Assembly (NCBI GenBank): GCA_963726745.1
Contig: CAVSDR010000002.1
Location: forward strand, 96,001-160,000
DNA from: an uncultured Verrucomicrobiae bacterium
Lineage (GTDB): Bacteria > Verrucomicrobiota > Verrucomicrobiia > Chthoniobacterales > UBA10450
Direction of reading: 5' to 3'
Length of the DNA: 64,000 bases
Shown here: positions 51,162 to 63,249 of the stretch, piece by piece
Numbering within the stretch: position 1 is the first letter of the stretch
Layout of the letters: each line of letters opens with the position of its first letter
The notes under the pieces: generated by a model
The model's database searches: none
Seen by the model: the letters and a program-made list of their open reading frames with translations, nothing else
What the model was told of the DNA's origin: nothing
Translations under genes and position numbers: made by a program

Positions 51162-53533
51162 GTTTCCCGCACGATCACGCGTTGCACCTCGGCGAGCGGC
51201 GCGCCCGCGCGTTCGAGGAGGAATTCCACCTGCGCGCCGGCCGGCAGTGCTGCGGTCGCAAGATCGGCGAACCATAGCCCGAGGCCGGTCCCCTGGGCGT
51301 GGCTCTCCTGCGGCGCGGGGGCGCCCGCCGCGGTCCAGCGCACCGTCGCCTCACCGTCGGTGATGATCCGCAACGTCCGGCCGGGCGCGATTCGATCCAG
51401 GCGATGGGCCAGGGTCCACATCTCGAACTCCGAGCCACGACGCTGTTGGCGCACGTAGCGTTCATAGGCTGGCTGCACCCGGTCGCACGGTCCGCCCTCG
51501 GCGCGGCTGCGGACTAACGAGAGGTATTCCGCATGCGTCCAACAGAGTGGCATGGCCGAGCCGGTGGGCGCGCCCGGCAGATAACCGCGCGCGGCTTCGC
51601 CAAACCAGACCTGCTCCGGGAGCATGTCGCCGGCATTCGCAAAGCGCTCGAGCGCCTGAATGAAGGGGAGCGGATCGCGCCCGGCGGCCAATTCATAATG
51701 ACCGCGCTCGCCGGTAAGCAGCGGCCAACAGCCGCCCACACCCGTGCCATCAAAGGCGCTCCCATCCGCTTTCTGCCCGTAGCCATCGTGATTGTAACGC
51801 CGCCAACAAGGCCCTTGTGGCAGGTCGAAGCGCAGCGCCGCATCCAGCACTTTCACCGAGTCGGCCACCAGTGGATCGTGCGCGTCGCGCAAACCCAGCC
51901 TAACGAGTTGCAGAAAATCGCCGCCGACGATGTTGCGCGCCGGATGCAATCCGCCGCCGTTGGCGATCTGGAGCAGCGCGGTGTCCGGCTCGCAGGTGAA
52001 GCGCGGGTCGGCCGGGTCCGAGGGCGTGATCCGCAGGTAATGCCGCGGCGTCCCCGGGAGGAGTTCCCCGCGCGTGGTCGTGGTCCATTCTTCGAGGTGC
52101 GCCGAGAGCCAGTCAGCATATTCATAGGCAAACCGAGCGCTCGCTTCCTCGCCGCGCGCGCGGGCAAACTCCGCCGCGCAAACCATCGCGGCCGCAATCA
52201 CCGCGAGTGTCCCGGGAGAATAGCCAGCCGCTTCTTCCCAGCGATCCTGCCCCGTCACCGGACCGCGCAAAACCAGGAAGCGGGCCGCGCGGCTCACCAG
52301 CGTCCAGGGATCGAAAAGCCCGAGCGCGTCGAGTTCCCGCAGGCGCCAGGCAAGCAGGACCGGCGCGGCGATTTCATCAAGCTGCAGCCCGGTCCAATAC
52401 GGCTGGCCATTGATCCAACTATTCTGTGGCAGGAGACCATCGCGCTGTTGCAGGCAGGCCAGCCAGATGAGCGCGCGGCGGGCGGTGCCTTTGCGTCCGC
52501 TCGCGAGCAGGCCGAGCGCGCTTTGCACAATGTCGCGCGACCAGACGAGGTGGTAGCCGCCGAGTTCATCGTCGCCCTTGGCTTCGCCCCACGGGATGCT
52601 CATCGAGGCCACCAGCGCGCCGACAAAAGTCTTGTCCTCGTGCGCCAGCAGGACCGAGCGGCTGACCCAAAAAAGCCGGCCGCCATCGCCAGTGTGCGCG
52701 TCGAGGTTTTCCTCCGGCAGGGCCCGGCGCCATTGCTGGACGAAGTCCGCGCGCTGCTCGGTGAAAGTGCTGCCTAACGACTGCAGGAGCTTGGTCACGG
52801 CGCTCTGCTCGCTCCGGCCCATGGCCACGGCGACGAGGAAGTCGTGCCCGCGCGAGAGATCGATTTCCGCGGTCAGGGCGACGTTGCCATCGAGCGCCTG
52901 GTCAAACTCCCAGTCCATCCGGAAATTCTGCAAGTCCTGCCAGCCATCGCTCGCGCCGACGTAGCCGACCGAGCGCCGGAGAAAGCCCGGCTGCGCTCCC
53001 AGCACGAGGTGAATTTCCTCACGCCAGGCGTGCAGGAGATTGGCTCCGCCGACGTCGCACACGGCGGCGTTGTTGTGCATCCCGCCCTTCTTCAAATGCG
53101 GTGCGAGCAAGGCGAAGACGCGCAGCTTCGAGCGCAGGCTTTCATCCGCGATTTCGATGCGCGTTTGCACGAGCAAGACCGAGGAATGCGGATCGGTCGC
53201 GATCTCCTTGATGATCCGGTAGCGCCCCGCGCGCTCGGAATTCGTGATCCGATAGAGGAGCGCGCCGCGCTCGGGATACTCGATCTGATGATCGAGATCG
53301 CGCCGTTCCTCGTGGCAGAATGTTTCGCCGTCGGTGATGAGAAACTGGAAGTCGCGGGTGCAGGGCTGGTCGACGTGCGGGTAGTAGATCTCGTTCACGA
53401 TCCCGTGCGAAAGGGTGAACCAGAGACGGCAACTGGTGTGATACGCCGTGCCGATCCCTTCCTTCGTGCTTTGGGTCCAGCGCGCTTCCGCGCCGGGCGC
53501 GCCAAAGGCCGTCCCTCGCTCCACCTCGGTCAT
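51158..53533 (-). CDS. Glucoamylase / glucodextranase (GH15)
   Basis: AFGAPG..RW, ASMSIPWG, GYHLVWSRD, QLDE, QDRWEE, RRYNHDGYG, LPEQVW, SAMPLCWTHAEY. Confidence 0.92.
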   Translation of the reverse strand: MTEVERGTAFGAPGAEARWTQSTKEGIGTAYHTSCRLWFTLSHGIVNEIYYPHVDQPCTRDFQFLITDGETFCHEERRDLDHQIEYPERGALLYRITNSERAGRYRIIKEIATDPHSSVLLVQTRIEIADESLRSKLRVFALLAPHLKKGGMHNNAAVCDVGGANLLHAWREEIHLVLGAQPGFLRRSVGYVGASDGWQDLQNFRMDWEFDQALDGNVALTAEIDLSRGHDFLVAVAMGRSEQSAVTKLLQSLGSTFTEQRADFVQQWRRALPEENLDAHTGDGGRLFWVSRSVLLAHEDKTFVGALVASMSIPWGEAKGDDELGGYHLVWSRDIVQSALGLLASGRKGTARRALIWLACLQQRDGLLPQNSWINGQPYWTGLQLDEIAAPVLLAWRLRELDALGLFDPWTLVSRAARFLVLRGPVTGQDRWEEAAGYSPGTLAVIAAAMVCAAEFARARGEEASARFAYEYADWLSAHLEEWTTTTRGELLPGTPRHYLRITPSDPADPRFTCEPDTALLQIANGGGLHPARNIVGGDFLQLVRLGLRDAHDPLVADSVKVLDAALRFDLPQGPCWRRYNHDGYGQKADGSAFDGTGVGGCWPLLTGERGHYELAAGRDPLPFIQALERFANAGDMLPEQVWFGEAARGYLPGAPTGSAMPLCWTHAEYLSLVRSRAEGGPCDRVQPAYERYVRQQRRGSEFEMWTLAHRLDRIAPGRTLRIITDGEATVRWTAAGAPAPQESHAQGTGLGLWFADLATAALPAGAQVEFLLERAGAPLAEVQRVIVRET

Positions 53534-53617
53534 GCGCTGATTACGCGACGATTTCACGCGGCGGGCAATCCCCGAATCGCTCTTCGTTTTCCCGCGACCC
53601 GGTGCTAATGCTCCCGC

Positions 53618-54289
53618 ATGCCTGCCCCGCGTCTCATCGCCGCGCCGAAGATTCCACATCGCTCCGATGATGAATTGCTCGAGCGCGCGCTTTCGTTTCA
53701 CGCGGAAATGCAGCGCCGCCGCACGATCCGCGAATTCTCTCCACGGCCGGTTCCGCGCGCGTTGATCGAGCTTTGTCTGCGCACCGCCGGCACGGCGCCC
53801 AATGGCGCGAATCTGCAGCCGTGGCACTTCGTTGCGATCAGCCAGGCCGCGATCAAGCAGCGCATTCGCGTCGAGGCCGAGGAGGAGGAACGCGAATTCT
53901 ACCAGCACCGCGCGCCGGCCGCGTGGCTCGAGGCGCTGGCTCCCATTGGGACTGATTCGAACAAGCCCTTCCTCGAGATCGCGCCCTGGCTGATCGCGAT
54001 TTTCGCGCAGCCGTTTCGCCTGCTGCCCGATGGGACGAAGCTGAAGCACTACTACGCCACCGAGTCTGTCGGCATCGCCACCGGACTACTCGTTAGCGCG
54101 CTCCATCATTGCGGGCTCGCCGCGCTCACGCATACGCCCAGCCCGATGGCTTTCCTGAATAAAATTCTCGGCCGCCCGGCGCACGAAAAGCCATTCATCT
54201 TGCTGGTTGTGGGTCATCCGGCCGACGACGCCATGGTCCCGGACATCCAGCGCAAGCCGCTGGAAGAAATCAGCTCATTCGTAACGTAG
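53618..54289 (+). CDS. Nitroreductase-fold protein, iodotyrosine deiodinase-like
   Basis: [51 protein letters not shown]. Confidence 0.85.
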   Translation: MPAPRLIAAPKIPHRSDDELLERALSFHAEMQRRRTIREFSPRPVPRALIELCLRTAGTAPNGANLQPWHFVAISQAAIKQRIRVEAEEEEREFYQHRAPAAWLEALAPIGTDSNKPFLEIAPWLIAIFAQPFRLLPDGTKLKHYYATESVGIATGLLVSALHHCGLAALTHTPSPMAFLNKILGRPAHEKPFILLVVGHPADDAMVPDIQRKPLEEISSFVT

Positions 54290-55495
54290 CGCCTCGATCG
54301 GATCGAGCGCCGCCGCACGGCGTGCCGGGTAAAATCCGAAGAACACACCCACGGCCGCGCTGAAGAGAAACGAAACCACGATCGAGCTGACGGAGATCAA
54401 GGTTGGCCAATCGGCCACGCGCGAGAGAATCTGCGAGGTCCCGAGGCCGAGGAGGATGCCGATCACGCCGCCGATGGAGCTAAGCGCCACGGCCTCGATC
54501 AAAAATTGCATCAGGATATCGCGGCCATGCGCGCCCACCGCGAGCCGCACGCCGATCTCGCGCGTTCGCTCGGTGACGCTCACGAGCATGATGTTCATGA
54601 TCCCGATGCCGCCGACAATCAGCGAGACGCCCGCGATCGAGCCGAGGAGCAGCGTCATCACCCGCGAGGTCGCGGTCGCGGTCTCGGCGATTTCCTCCTG
54701 CGTGCGCACGGTGAAGTCGTCGTCTCTGCCTTCGCGAATGTTATGCCGCTGGCGCAGCAACCCGATGATCTGCTGCTGCGCCGGCGCGAGGTCGGGCGCG
54801 CTTGCGACCTGCACGTTGATGTTCCGCAAAGTCACGCCGCCGCCGAGCACGCGTTTCATCGCGCTGGTGTAAGGCATGATCACGATGTCGTCCTGGTCGG
54901 TGCCCTGCGGACTAAGGCCGCGCGGCGCGAGCACGCCGGTGATGACAAACGGCACATTCTTGATCCGCAGAATTTGGCCGACCACATCCTCGCTCCCGAA
55001 AATCTGGGTCGCGGTCGTGCGGCCGACCACCGCGACCTTGTTCGAGCTGCGCACATCTTGCTCGGTAAACTGCGCGCCCGCGATCAAGGGCCATTGCCGC
55101 AGTTGGAAATAGTCAGCCGATTCGCCGTAGATGCGGGTGAACCAATTCTGATTTCCGGCCGCGACCTGCGCGGTCGAGACGACTTCCTCGCTTACCAAAG
55201 TGACGCCTGGCACTTCGCGCCGGATCGCTTCCGCATCCTCGATCTTGAGCGTGCCGGCGCCGCCCCAGCCGGTGCGGATCCCGCTCGCGGTGGTGCTGCC
55301 GGAAAAGATCAGAATCACGTTCTCGCCCAGGCTCGCGATCTGCGCTTCCACCTGCGCCTTGGCGCCGTTGCCGATGCTGACCATGGCGATGACCGCGCCC
55401 ACGCCGATGATAATCCCGAGCGCGGTCAACCCGGAGCGCAGCTTGTTCCGGCGAAGGGCGCGCCCGGCGATCTTGAAGGTGGAGACGACGCGCAT
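54275..55495 (-). CDS. MacB/FtsX-family ABC permease
   Basis: [52 protein letters not shown]. Confidence 0.92.
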   Translation of the reverse strand: MRVVSTFKIAGRALRRNKLRSGLTALGIIIGVGAVIAMVSIGNGAKAQVEAQIASLGENVILIFSGSTTASGIRTGWGGAGTLKIEDAEAIRREVPGVTLVSEEVVSTAQVAAGNQNWFTRIYGESADYFQLRQWPLIAGAQFTEQDVRSSNKVAVVGRTTATQIFGSEDVVGQILRIKNVPFVITGVLAPRGLSPQGTDQDDIVIMPYTSAMKRVLGGGVTLRNINVQVASAPDLAPAQQQIIGLLRQRHNIREGRDDDFTVRTQEEIAETATATSRVMTLLLGSIAGVSLIVGGIGIMNIMLVSVTERTREIGVRLAVGAHGRDILMQFLIEAVALSSIGGVIGILLGLGTSQILSRVADWPTLISVSSIVVSFLFSAAVGVFFGFYPARRAAALDPIEALRYE

Positions 55496-55501
55496 GATTC
55501 G

Positions 55502-56248
<747 letters not shown>

Positions 56249-56264
56249 GGCGACAAAGGGAAGG

Positions 56265-57494
56265 CTACGGCCGGCCGCGTCCGCCGCCGCCGCTGAAGGG
56301 ATTATTCGTGGGCGACCGCGGGGCCGCCGCGCCGGCCTGGATGCTCCCGGTGATCGCCGCGTCGCCTTCGCGCAAGCCTTCGAGGACTTCGGTCACGGCG
56401 CCATCGCTGATGCCGGTCTTGATTTGCACCGCCTTGGGCTCCGCGTCCGGGGACGGGAGGACGTAAACGGTGCGCTCCGGACGCCGTTCTTCGCCGCCGG
56501 GACCGCTGCGTCGCCCGCCGCGGCCGCCGCGGCCTGCGCCACCCGCCCCGCCGGCGGCTGGCGTGCTTGCGACCGTCTTGTCGACATTCGGCGGGCGGAA
56601 ACGGAGGGCCGCGTTGGAAACTTTGACGACATTTTCGCGCTGAGCCACGACGATGGAAACGTTCGCGGTCATGCCGGGCTTCAACTTCCCGTCGGGATTG
56701 CTGACGCTGATGACGGTGTCGTAGCTGACGACATTCTGGACGGTGATGGGCGCGTTCCGCACCTGCTTCACTTTTCCGTGGAAGGTCTGCGTGGGAAAGG
56801 CGTCGACCGTGAAGTCGACCGGCTGGTCGATCTCGACCGCGCCGATGTCGGCCTCGGCCACGTTGGCGTCGATCTGCATATTCGTGAGGTCGGCCGCGAC
56901 GGTGAAAATAACCGGCGCATTCAGGCTCGCGGCCACAGTCTGCCCGACGTCGACATTCCGGGAAATGACGATGCCATCGATCGGCGAGGCGATGGTGCAA
57001 TTATTCAAATCGACCTTCGCTTTCTGCAGCGCGCCTTCCTTGATTTTGACCGCGGCTTCCGCCTGGTGGAGCGAGGCCGTGGCCTGGTCGAGCTCGGACT
57101 GCGAGGAGTTTTGCTTGGCCACGAGCGACTGCGTGCGGCTGGCGTTGAGTCGCGCGAGCTCGAGCACGGCCTGGGAGTTGGCCAGGTCGCCTTCGGCTTG
57201 CGCGACGTTGGCCTGGTAGATCGAAGGATCGATCTGCGCGATCACTTCGCCCGCTTTCACGGGGGAATTAAAATCCGCGAAGAGCTTCTGGATTTGCCCG
57301 GAGATCTGGCTGCCTACTTGCACGTTGACCACCGGGTTCAATGTCCCCGTGGCCGTGACCGCCTGGGTGAGCGGGCCGCGCGTGACCGGCGCGGTCTGGT
57401 AGGAACTGCCGGCGCGGCCGCGTCCCTTCCAGCCGAAGTAAAGCGCGAGCGCGATCAGGGCGAAGGCGAGGAGGATGAGGACCGCGCGTTTCAA
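56265..57494 (-). CDS. MacA-like periplasmic adaptor (membrane fusion protein)
   Basis: ATGTLNP..VQVGSQISG, SPIDG.V, GQTVAAS, LKPGMTA. Confidence 0.9.
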   Translation of the reverse strand: MKRAVLILLAFALIALALYFGWKGRGRAGSSYQTAPVTRGPLTQAVTATGTLNPVVNVQVGSQISGQIQKLFADFNSPVKAGEVIAQIDPSIYQANVAQAEGDLANSQAVLELARLNASRTQSLVAKQNSSQSELDQATASLHQAEAAVKIKEGALQKAKVDLNNCTIASPIDGIVISRNVDVGQTVAASLNAPVIFTVAADLTNMQIDANVAEADIGAVEIDQPVDFTVDAFPTQTFHGKVKQVRNAPITVQNVVSYDTVISVSNPDGKLKPGMTANVSIVVAQRENVVKVSNAALRFRPPNVDKTVASTPAAGGAGGAGRGGRGGRRSGPGGEERRPERTVYVLPSPDAEPKAVQIKTGISDGAVTEVLEGLREGDAAITGSIQAGAAAPRSPTNNPFSGGGGRGRP

Positions 57495-57825
57495 GAAAAG
57501 GACTGGGAGAAAATCATGCTGGTGTCCTGATACAACCACCGAATAGATACACAAGTTGCGCCCCGGACACGCCCAAGATGTCCCGCGGCGCGAATCTCCT
57601 TGGGGTATGAGGGAAATTTTTGTGAGCTTCGTTTCGCCGGTGGAGCTGTCGCTCCCGGGAAACGTCGTCACCGCCGGGCGCCGTTGATTCGTTAGGCGCC
57701 CCGCGTCGCAGCCTCCTACATTCGTCGTTCCGGGGTTTTTTTGGTTCGGGGGAATCCAAAAAGTTCTGGGCGGCGAATGTAGGTTGATGCTCGGACGTCC
57801 CGATGAGCCCGAGGAAGAGGTGCCC

Positions 57826-58491
57826 ATGCCTTCCTCGCCACAGGAGTTGAATCAACTCCTGCTTTTCGGTAGTCCCTCGACACGCCGCCGGTTTCTCAAA
57901 CAAATTGCCGGCACCGGCGCAGCCCTCGCCGTTGGCTCGCGGTTCTCCGCCCTGGCGCAAAATTCTCCCGCCGCGGTCGCCTCGCCCGCGGCGGCGAAGG
58001 CGGCAGCGGCGTCTCCGGCTGTTCCATTGAAGTTCCAGCTGAACGGCAAGGAGGTCGCGCTCGAAGTCGACCCGCGCACCACTTTGCTCGATCTCCTGCG
58101 CGAGAATCTCCAGCTCACCGGATCGAAGAAGGGCTGCGATCACGGACAATGCGGCGCCTGCACGGTGCTGGTGAATGGCCGGCGTGTGAATTCCTGCCTG
58201 AGCCTGGCATTAATGAATGACGGGCTCGAGGTCACCACGATCGAAGGCCTCGCGGAACCGGGCGGCCAACTGCACCCAATGCAGGCGGCCTTCATCGAGC
58301 ACGACGGTTTCCAATGCGGCTACTGCACCTCCGGGCAGATTTGTTCCGCGGTGGCTTGCGTCCAGGAAGGCCACACGCGGAGCGACGCGGAGATTCGTGA
58401 ATGGATGAGCGGCAATCTCTGCCGTTGCGGCGCCTATCCGAACATCGTCGATGCGATCAAGACCGCGCGGGCGAAAGGGGCGGGCGCGTGA
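57826..58491 (+). CDS. 2Fe-2S subunit of aldehyde oxidoreductase (PaoA/YagT-like) with Tat signal
   Basis: TRRRFLK Tat motif; [22 protein letters not shown]. Confidence 0.9.
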   Translation: MPSSPQELNQLLLFGSPSTRRRFLKQIAGTGAALAVGSRFSALAQNSPAAVASPAAAKAAAASPAVPLKFQLNGKEVALEVDPRTTLLDLLRENLQLTGSKKGCDHGQCGACTVLVNGRRVNSCLSLALMNDGLEVTTIEGLAEPGGQLHPMQAAFIEHDGFQCGYCTSGQICSAVACVQEGHTRSDAEIREWMSGNLCRCGAYPNIVDAIKTARAKGAGA

Positions 58492-59480
58492 CTCCCTTCA
58501 CCTACGCCCGGGCCACCGACGCAGCCAGCGCGATCAGCGGCGTGGCCGACAATGGGCAGGCTAAATTTCTCGGCGGCGGAACGAATTTAGTCGACCTGAT
58601 GAAGATGGGCGTGGAAACGCCGCGGCATCTCGTCGATCTCAATCGCCTGCCGCTCGCGCAAGTCGAGGAACTCCCGAATGGCGGCGGCGTGCGCCTGGGC
58701 GCGCTCGCGCGCAACTCCGATGTCGCCGAGCATCCGTTGATCACCGCGCGCTATCCCGTGCTGAGCCAGGCGCTGCTTTCCGGCGCCAGTCCGCAGCTGC
58801 GGAATCTCGCGACCACCGGCGGCAATCTCCTCCAGCGCACGCGCTGCTATTATTTCTACGACCCCGACTTTCCCTCATGCAATAAGCGGCAACCTGGCAG
58901 CGGCTGCGGCGCGCTCGGCGGATTCAATCGCATTCACGCGATCCTCGGCCAGAGCGAGCAATGCATCGCCACCAACCCGAGCGACCAAAACGTCGCGCTG
59001 GTCGCGCTCGAGGCGGTCGTGCGCGTGCAGGGCCCGCAGGGCGAGCGCACCATCCCGATCGCAGATTTCCATCGCCTGCCCGGAAGCACGCCGAACGTGG
59101 AGACAAATCTACGGCCGGACGAATTGATCATCGCAGTCGATCTTCCGGCGACGCCGTTCCTTGCGCGCTCGCATTATTTGAAAATGCGCGACCGCGCGAG
59201 TTACGCCTTTGCGCTCGTCAGTGTGGCTGCGGCCTTGGAAATGGAAGGCGACAAGATCAAAACTGCGCGCCTTGCCCTTGGCGGCGTGGCGCATAAACCC
59301 TGGCGCGCGAGCAAGGCGGAGCAGGCGCTCGTAGGCCAATCCGCGACCGAGAAGAATTTCCGCGCCGCGGCCGAGGTGGAATTGGCCGAAGCGAAGGCTT
59401 ACGAGCACAACAAATTTAAGATCGAGCTCGCGAAACGCTCGATCGTTCGGGCGCTGACCACGGTCGCGGGGATGTCCTGA
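58488..59480 (+). CDS. FAD-binding subunit (PaoB/YagS-like)
   Basis: [30 protein letters not shown], conserved Cys cluster, RDRASYAFA. Confidence 0.92.
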   Translation: MTPFTYARATDAASAISGVADNGQAKFLGGGTNLVDLMKMGVETPRHLVDLNRLPLAQVEELPNGGGVRLGALARNSDVAEHPLITARYPVLSQALLSGASPQLRNLATTGGNLLQRTRCYYFYDPDFPSCNKRQPGSGCGALGGFNRIHAILGQSEQCIATNPSDQNVALVALEAVVRVQGPQGERTIPIADFHRLPGSTPNVETNLRPDELIIAVDLPATPFLARSHYLKMRDRASYAFALVSVAAALEMEGDKIKTARLALGGVAHKPWRASKAEQALVGQSATEKNFRAAAEVELAEAKAYEHNKFKIELAKRSIVRALTTVAGMS

Positions 59481-59482
59481 TT

Positions 59483-61738
59483 ATGGCGGAGCCAGGCAAA
59501 ATCATGGGCCCAGCGCGGAGTCGGGTCGACGGTCCGCTCAAAGTCACCGGCGGCGCGAAATATGCCGTGGAATTTGAGGTGCCGAATTGCGCCTTTGCCT
59601 GGCCGGTCGAGAGCACGATCTCGAAGGGTAAAATCCTCTCGATGGACACGGCCGCGGCGGAGGCTTCGCCCGGCGTTTTGAAAGTGCTGACTCCTTTCAA
59701 CGCACCGCAGCCAAAGGAAGCGAAGGCCAAGGAGGAACGCCAGTCCGGCTCCGGCATTCGCAACGAGGAGCGCAATCCGCTGAGCGACGACCAGGTTCAT
59801 TACGGCGGGCAATACATCGGCCTGGTGGTGGCGCAGACGATCGAGCAAGCGCGGCACGCGGCTGATTTAGTGAAGGTGAGCTACGCGCCCGAGACGCCAG
59901 TCTTGACCATGGAAGCCGCGCGCGACGAGGCGACCAAGCCGAAGAAGAACAACCAGGAAAAGGTCCAGGTGGACAAAGGCGACGCCGCCAAGGCGCTGGC
60001 TAATTCCGAGCTCGTGCGCGTGGAGCAGACCTACCTTACGCCGACTGAAACGCACAACCCGATCGAGACTTCAGGCACGATCGCAGTCTGGGAAAACGAC
60101 GACAAGCTGACCGTGTTTGACGCCACCCAATTCGTCAAAGGCGTGCAGAGTTTGCTCGCCCGGACCTATGGCTTGGAGACGGAAAACGTGCGCGTCATTT
60201 GCCCCTTCGTCGGCGGCGCCTTCGGCTGCAAAGGCGCGCTCTGGCCGCACGTGCTCCTCGCCGTCATGGCCGCGAAAGAAGCGCGCGTGCCGGTGAAGTT
60301 CCACCTGCCGCGGCGTTCGATGTTTACCAGCACCGGCCATCGCACGCCCACGCGGCAGACGATTGGCCTGGCCGCGACGCGCGACGGGAAGCTGCAGGGC
60401 ATGCGGCACGTGACCGAGACGCTGACTTCGCCCGTGGGCGAATACACCGAATCCTGCGGCACGCGCTCGACCGGCTCGCTCTACGACTGCGCGAACATTC
60501 GCATCGAGGAAGTTGTTTACCCGCTTAATGTCGCCACACCCACCTTCATGCGCGCGCCCGGCGAGTGCCCCGGCACTTACGCGCTCGAGTGTGCCCTGGA
60601 TGAATTAGCCGACGCGCTCAAGCTGGACCCGGTGCAGCTCCGCGTGATGAATTACGCGGCCAATCACCCCACAAAGGAAGGCAATCTTCCCTTCAGTGCG
60701 AAGCACCTGAAGGAATGCTACACCGTCGGCGCGGAGCGTTTCGGCTGGGCCAAGCGCAACGCCAAACCGGGCAGCATGCGCGATGGCGACCAACTCGTCG
60801 GCTGGGGCATGGCCACCGCAACCTATCCTGCGCACAAGCGCAACGCCGCGGCCAAGGTCATCCTGCGCGATGACGGCAGCTGCACGGTGCAATGCGCCAC
60901 GCACGATCTCGGCACCGGCGCTTACACCGCCTTCACGCAGCTTTCCTCCGAGTTCCTCGGGATTCCTTTCGAGAAAATTACCTTCGAGCTCGGGAAGTCC
61001 GACTTCCCTTACGGCCCGGTCGCCGGCGGGTCGAACTCCACCGCAACTGTCGGGACCGCGATCAGCGAAGTCGCCACGCTGCTGCATCAGGAGCTCGCGC
61101 GGCTCGCGGTCAAGAGCCCAAACTCGCCGCTCTTCAAGGCGGAGGCGGCGAACCTCTCTTTGGTCGCACCGGGGCGGCTCGGCTTGAAATCGGAGCCCGC
61201 GAAGTCGGACGCCTTTGCCGACATCGTCAAGCGCACCGGCAAGCCGACCGTAGTCGTCGAGACGCAGCTTAAGAAAGCGGACGACGCGAAGAAGGAGTTC
61301 GCCTTTCAATCTTTCGGCGCGCATTTTGTCGAGGTGAAGATCGATCCGCTGTTGCCGCGCGTGCAGGTCACCCGGGTGGTGAGCGTGATCGATTGCGGCC
61401 GCGTGGTCAGCGCGAAGACCGCGCGCAGCCAGATCATCGGCGGAGTGGTCATGGGCCTCGGCATGGCTTTGATGGAGGAGACTTCCTACGATCCGCACAC
61501 CGGCCTGCCGGTGACGCGCAACCTGGCCGACTACCACGTGCCGACCAACGCCGACGTTCCCGAGATCGACGTCCACTTCGTTGGCGCGCCCGACTTTGCT
61601 TTCAACCCCGCGGGTGCGCGGGGCATCGGCGAGATCGGTAATACCGGCATCGCTGCGGCGGTGGCAAACGCGGTCTACCACGCCACCGGCCAGCGCGTGC
61701 GCGATCTGCCGATCACGCCCGACAAGCTCCTGGTGTGA
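59483..61738 (+). CDS. Molybdopterin-binding subunit, xanthine dehydrogenase family (PaoC/YagR-like)
   Basis: RVDG..KVTG.AKY, GGAFGCK, MRAPG, AGGS, GIGEIG. Confidence 0.93.
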   Translation: MAEPGKIMGPARSRVDGPLKVTGGAKYAVEFEVPNCAFAWPVESTISKGKILSMDTAAAEASPGVLKVLTPFNAPQPKEAKAKEERQSGSGIRNEERNPLSDDQVHYGGQYIGLVVAQTIEQARHAADLVKVSYAPETPVLTMEAARDEATKPKKNNQEKVQVDKGDAAKALANSELVRVEQTYLTPTETHNPIETSGTIAVWENDDKLTVFDATQFVKGVQSLLARTYGLETENVRVICPFVGGAFGCKGALWPHVLLAVMAAKEARVPVKFHLPRRSMFTSTGHRTPTRQTIGLAATRDGKLQGMRHVTETLTSPVGEYTESCGTRSTGSLYDCANIRIEEVVYPLNVATPTFMRAPGECPGTYALECALDELADALKLDPVQLRVMNYAANHPTKEGNLPFSAKHLKECYTVGAERFGWAKRNAKPGSMRDGDQLVGWGMATATYPAHKRNAAAKVILRDDGSCTVQCATHDLGTGAYTAFTQLSSEFLGIPFEKITFELGKSDFPYGPVAGGSNSTATVGTAISEVATLLHQELARLAVKSPNSPLFKAEAANLSLVAPGRLGLKSEPAKSDAFADIVKRTGKPTVVVETQLKKADDAKKEFAFQSFGAHFVEVKIDPLLPRVQVTRVVSVIDCGRVVSAKTARSQIIGGVVMGLGMALMEETSYDPHTGLPVTRNLADYHVPTNADVPEIDVHFVGAPDFAFNPAGARGIGEIGNTGIAAAVANAVYHATGQRVRDLPITPDKLLV

Positions 61739-62632
61739 AAGAGCTCGCGGAAATCCTGCGGCTCTCCCAGGAAAAGCGCGGCCAAAGTTTTGCGCTGGCC
61801 ACGCTCGTGCGGGCCACCGGCAGCAGTTATCGGCGGCCGGGGGCGCGCATGCTCATCGCCGGCGATGGGACTTTAGCCGGCTCGCTCAGCGCCGGATGCC
61901 TCGAGGAGGAAGTGGCGCTCGCAGCGCGTGAAGTCCTGCAGAGCGGTGCGGCGAAGTTGCTTTCGTTCGACACGCGGCGGCGATTTGGCTGTCACGGCAG
62001 CATCGAGATTTTCCTCGAATGCGTGGAGGAAGCCGCTGCTCGCGGGGGTCGCGGAACGAGTCGTTAGGCGGGAGCCGTTTCTCCTGGCGACGCGTTTTGC
62101 CGGTGCCGGCCCGCTCGGCACTTCGCTTCCGGAATTCGCGCCGGCGGACGCGGAAATCTTTAGCCAGCAAGTTGAGCCGGCCGTGCGCCTCCTGGTTTTC
62201 GGAAGCGGACCGGACAGCGCCGCGCTGCAGGCGCAGGCCACGCTGCTCGGCTGGGAAGCGGAGCAACACGAAAGCATCGCGGAATGGCCAGGCGGCGTGG
62301 ACGCCTGGACCGCGGCGGTCATCGCGACGCACAACTACGGGCGCGATGCTGCGGCCTTGCGCCATCTGCTTCCGCTCGGCTTGCGCTACCTTGGCGTCGT
62401 CGGCCCGCGGCGGCGGCGCGAGGAATTGCTCCTCGATGTGCTCGATAGCGGCGCGGCGCCCTGCTCGGATTTGTTCGCTCCGGCGGGATTGCATCTGGCC
62501 GCGGATTCTCCGGCGGAGATCGCGCTCTCGATTGTCGCGGAAATCCAGCGCGTCTTCGCCGCGGCTACGGGCGTTTCTCTGCGCGAACGGCGCGAGCCGA
62601 TTCACCAGCCACCCGGCGCCCTCGCGCTTTAG
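61735..62632 (+). CDS. XdhC/CoxI family Moco chaperone (frameshift near 62030)
   Basis: GSSYRRPGARM, GSLSAGCLE, FGCHG; ATHN, YLGVVGPR, PAGL..P.EIALSI.AEI. Confidence 0.88.
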
Positions 62633-62635
62633 CCG

Positions 62636-63199
62636 GTGGCGCACGCGGCCATCGTTCTCGCGGCTGGCGGCTCAACCCGCTTCGGTCGGCCAAAGCAACT
62701 CGCGGAACTCGCCGGTGTGTCGCTCTTGGAACGTGCGATTGCCTGCGCGCTCGCGGCCGGCGCCGAGCCGCTCGTGGTCCTCGGCGCGGAGGCGGACCGG
62801 CTTGCGCCCCTGGCCAAAAAGGCGGGCGCGAGAGCGGTGGTTAATTCGCTCTGGAGGCGCGGCCTCGGCACCTCCATTCGCGTGGGCGTGGAGCATTTAG
62901 ACAGCGAGATCACCCGCGTGCTCCTGATGGCTTGCGATCAGCCACTCGTTCCAGCGGCGCATCTGCGCGCTTTGCTGGCCTCGACGGCGCCCGTGGCTGC
63001 GAGCCGCTACGCTGGCACTCTGGGAATTCCCGCGGCTTTCGCGCGCGCGCGCTTCGGCGACTTGCTCTCGTTAGGCGACGAGGAGGGCGCGAAAGGCCTT
63101 CTAGCGGGTGCGGACGAGTTCCCCGCGCCCGCCGCCGCCGACGACATCGACACGCCTGCGCAGCTCGCGGAGATCGCTGGCAAAGTTGCGCGCGCATGA
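62636..63199 (+). CDS. mocA: Molybdenum cofactor cytidylyltransferase-like nucleotidyltransferase
   Basis: IVLAAGGSTRFGRPKQL, G.GTSI, CDQP, GD.GAK, DIDTP; operon context. Confidence 0.8.
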   Translation: MAHAAIVLAAGGSTRFGRPKQLAELAGVSLLERAIACALAAGAEPLVVLGAEADRLAPLAKKAGARAVVNSLWRRGLGTSIRVGVEHLDSEITRVLLMACDQPLVPAAHLRALLASTAPVAASRYAGTLGIPAAFARARFGDLLSLGDEEGAKGLLAGADEFPAPAAADDIDTPAQLAEIAGKVARA

Positions 63200-63249
63200 T
63201 TGTTCCCCTTACTTGAACGTTCCGGCGCGCGCCTGCGCCCACCACTCCT

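Noticed and set aside
53534..54049. Long N-terminal extensions in the ORF track (GH15; likewise 28125-28472, 39901-40230, 57495-57827)
   Set aside because: They overlap better-supported genes or intergenic DNA, and family homology begins at the downstream starts.
57826..63199. Molybdoenzyme operon as a novel system
   Set aside because: Matches the known PaoABC + XdhC + MocA arrangement of periplasmic aldehyde oxidoreductases.
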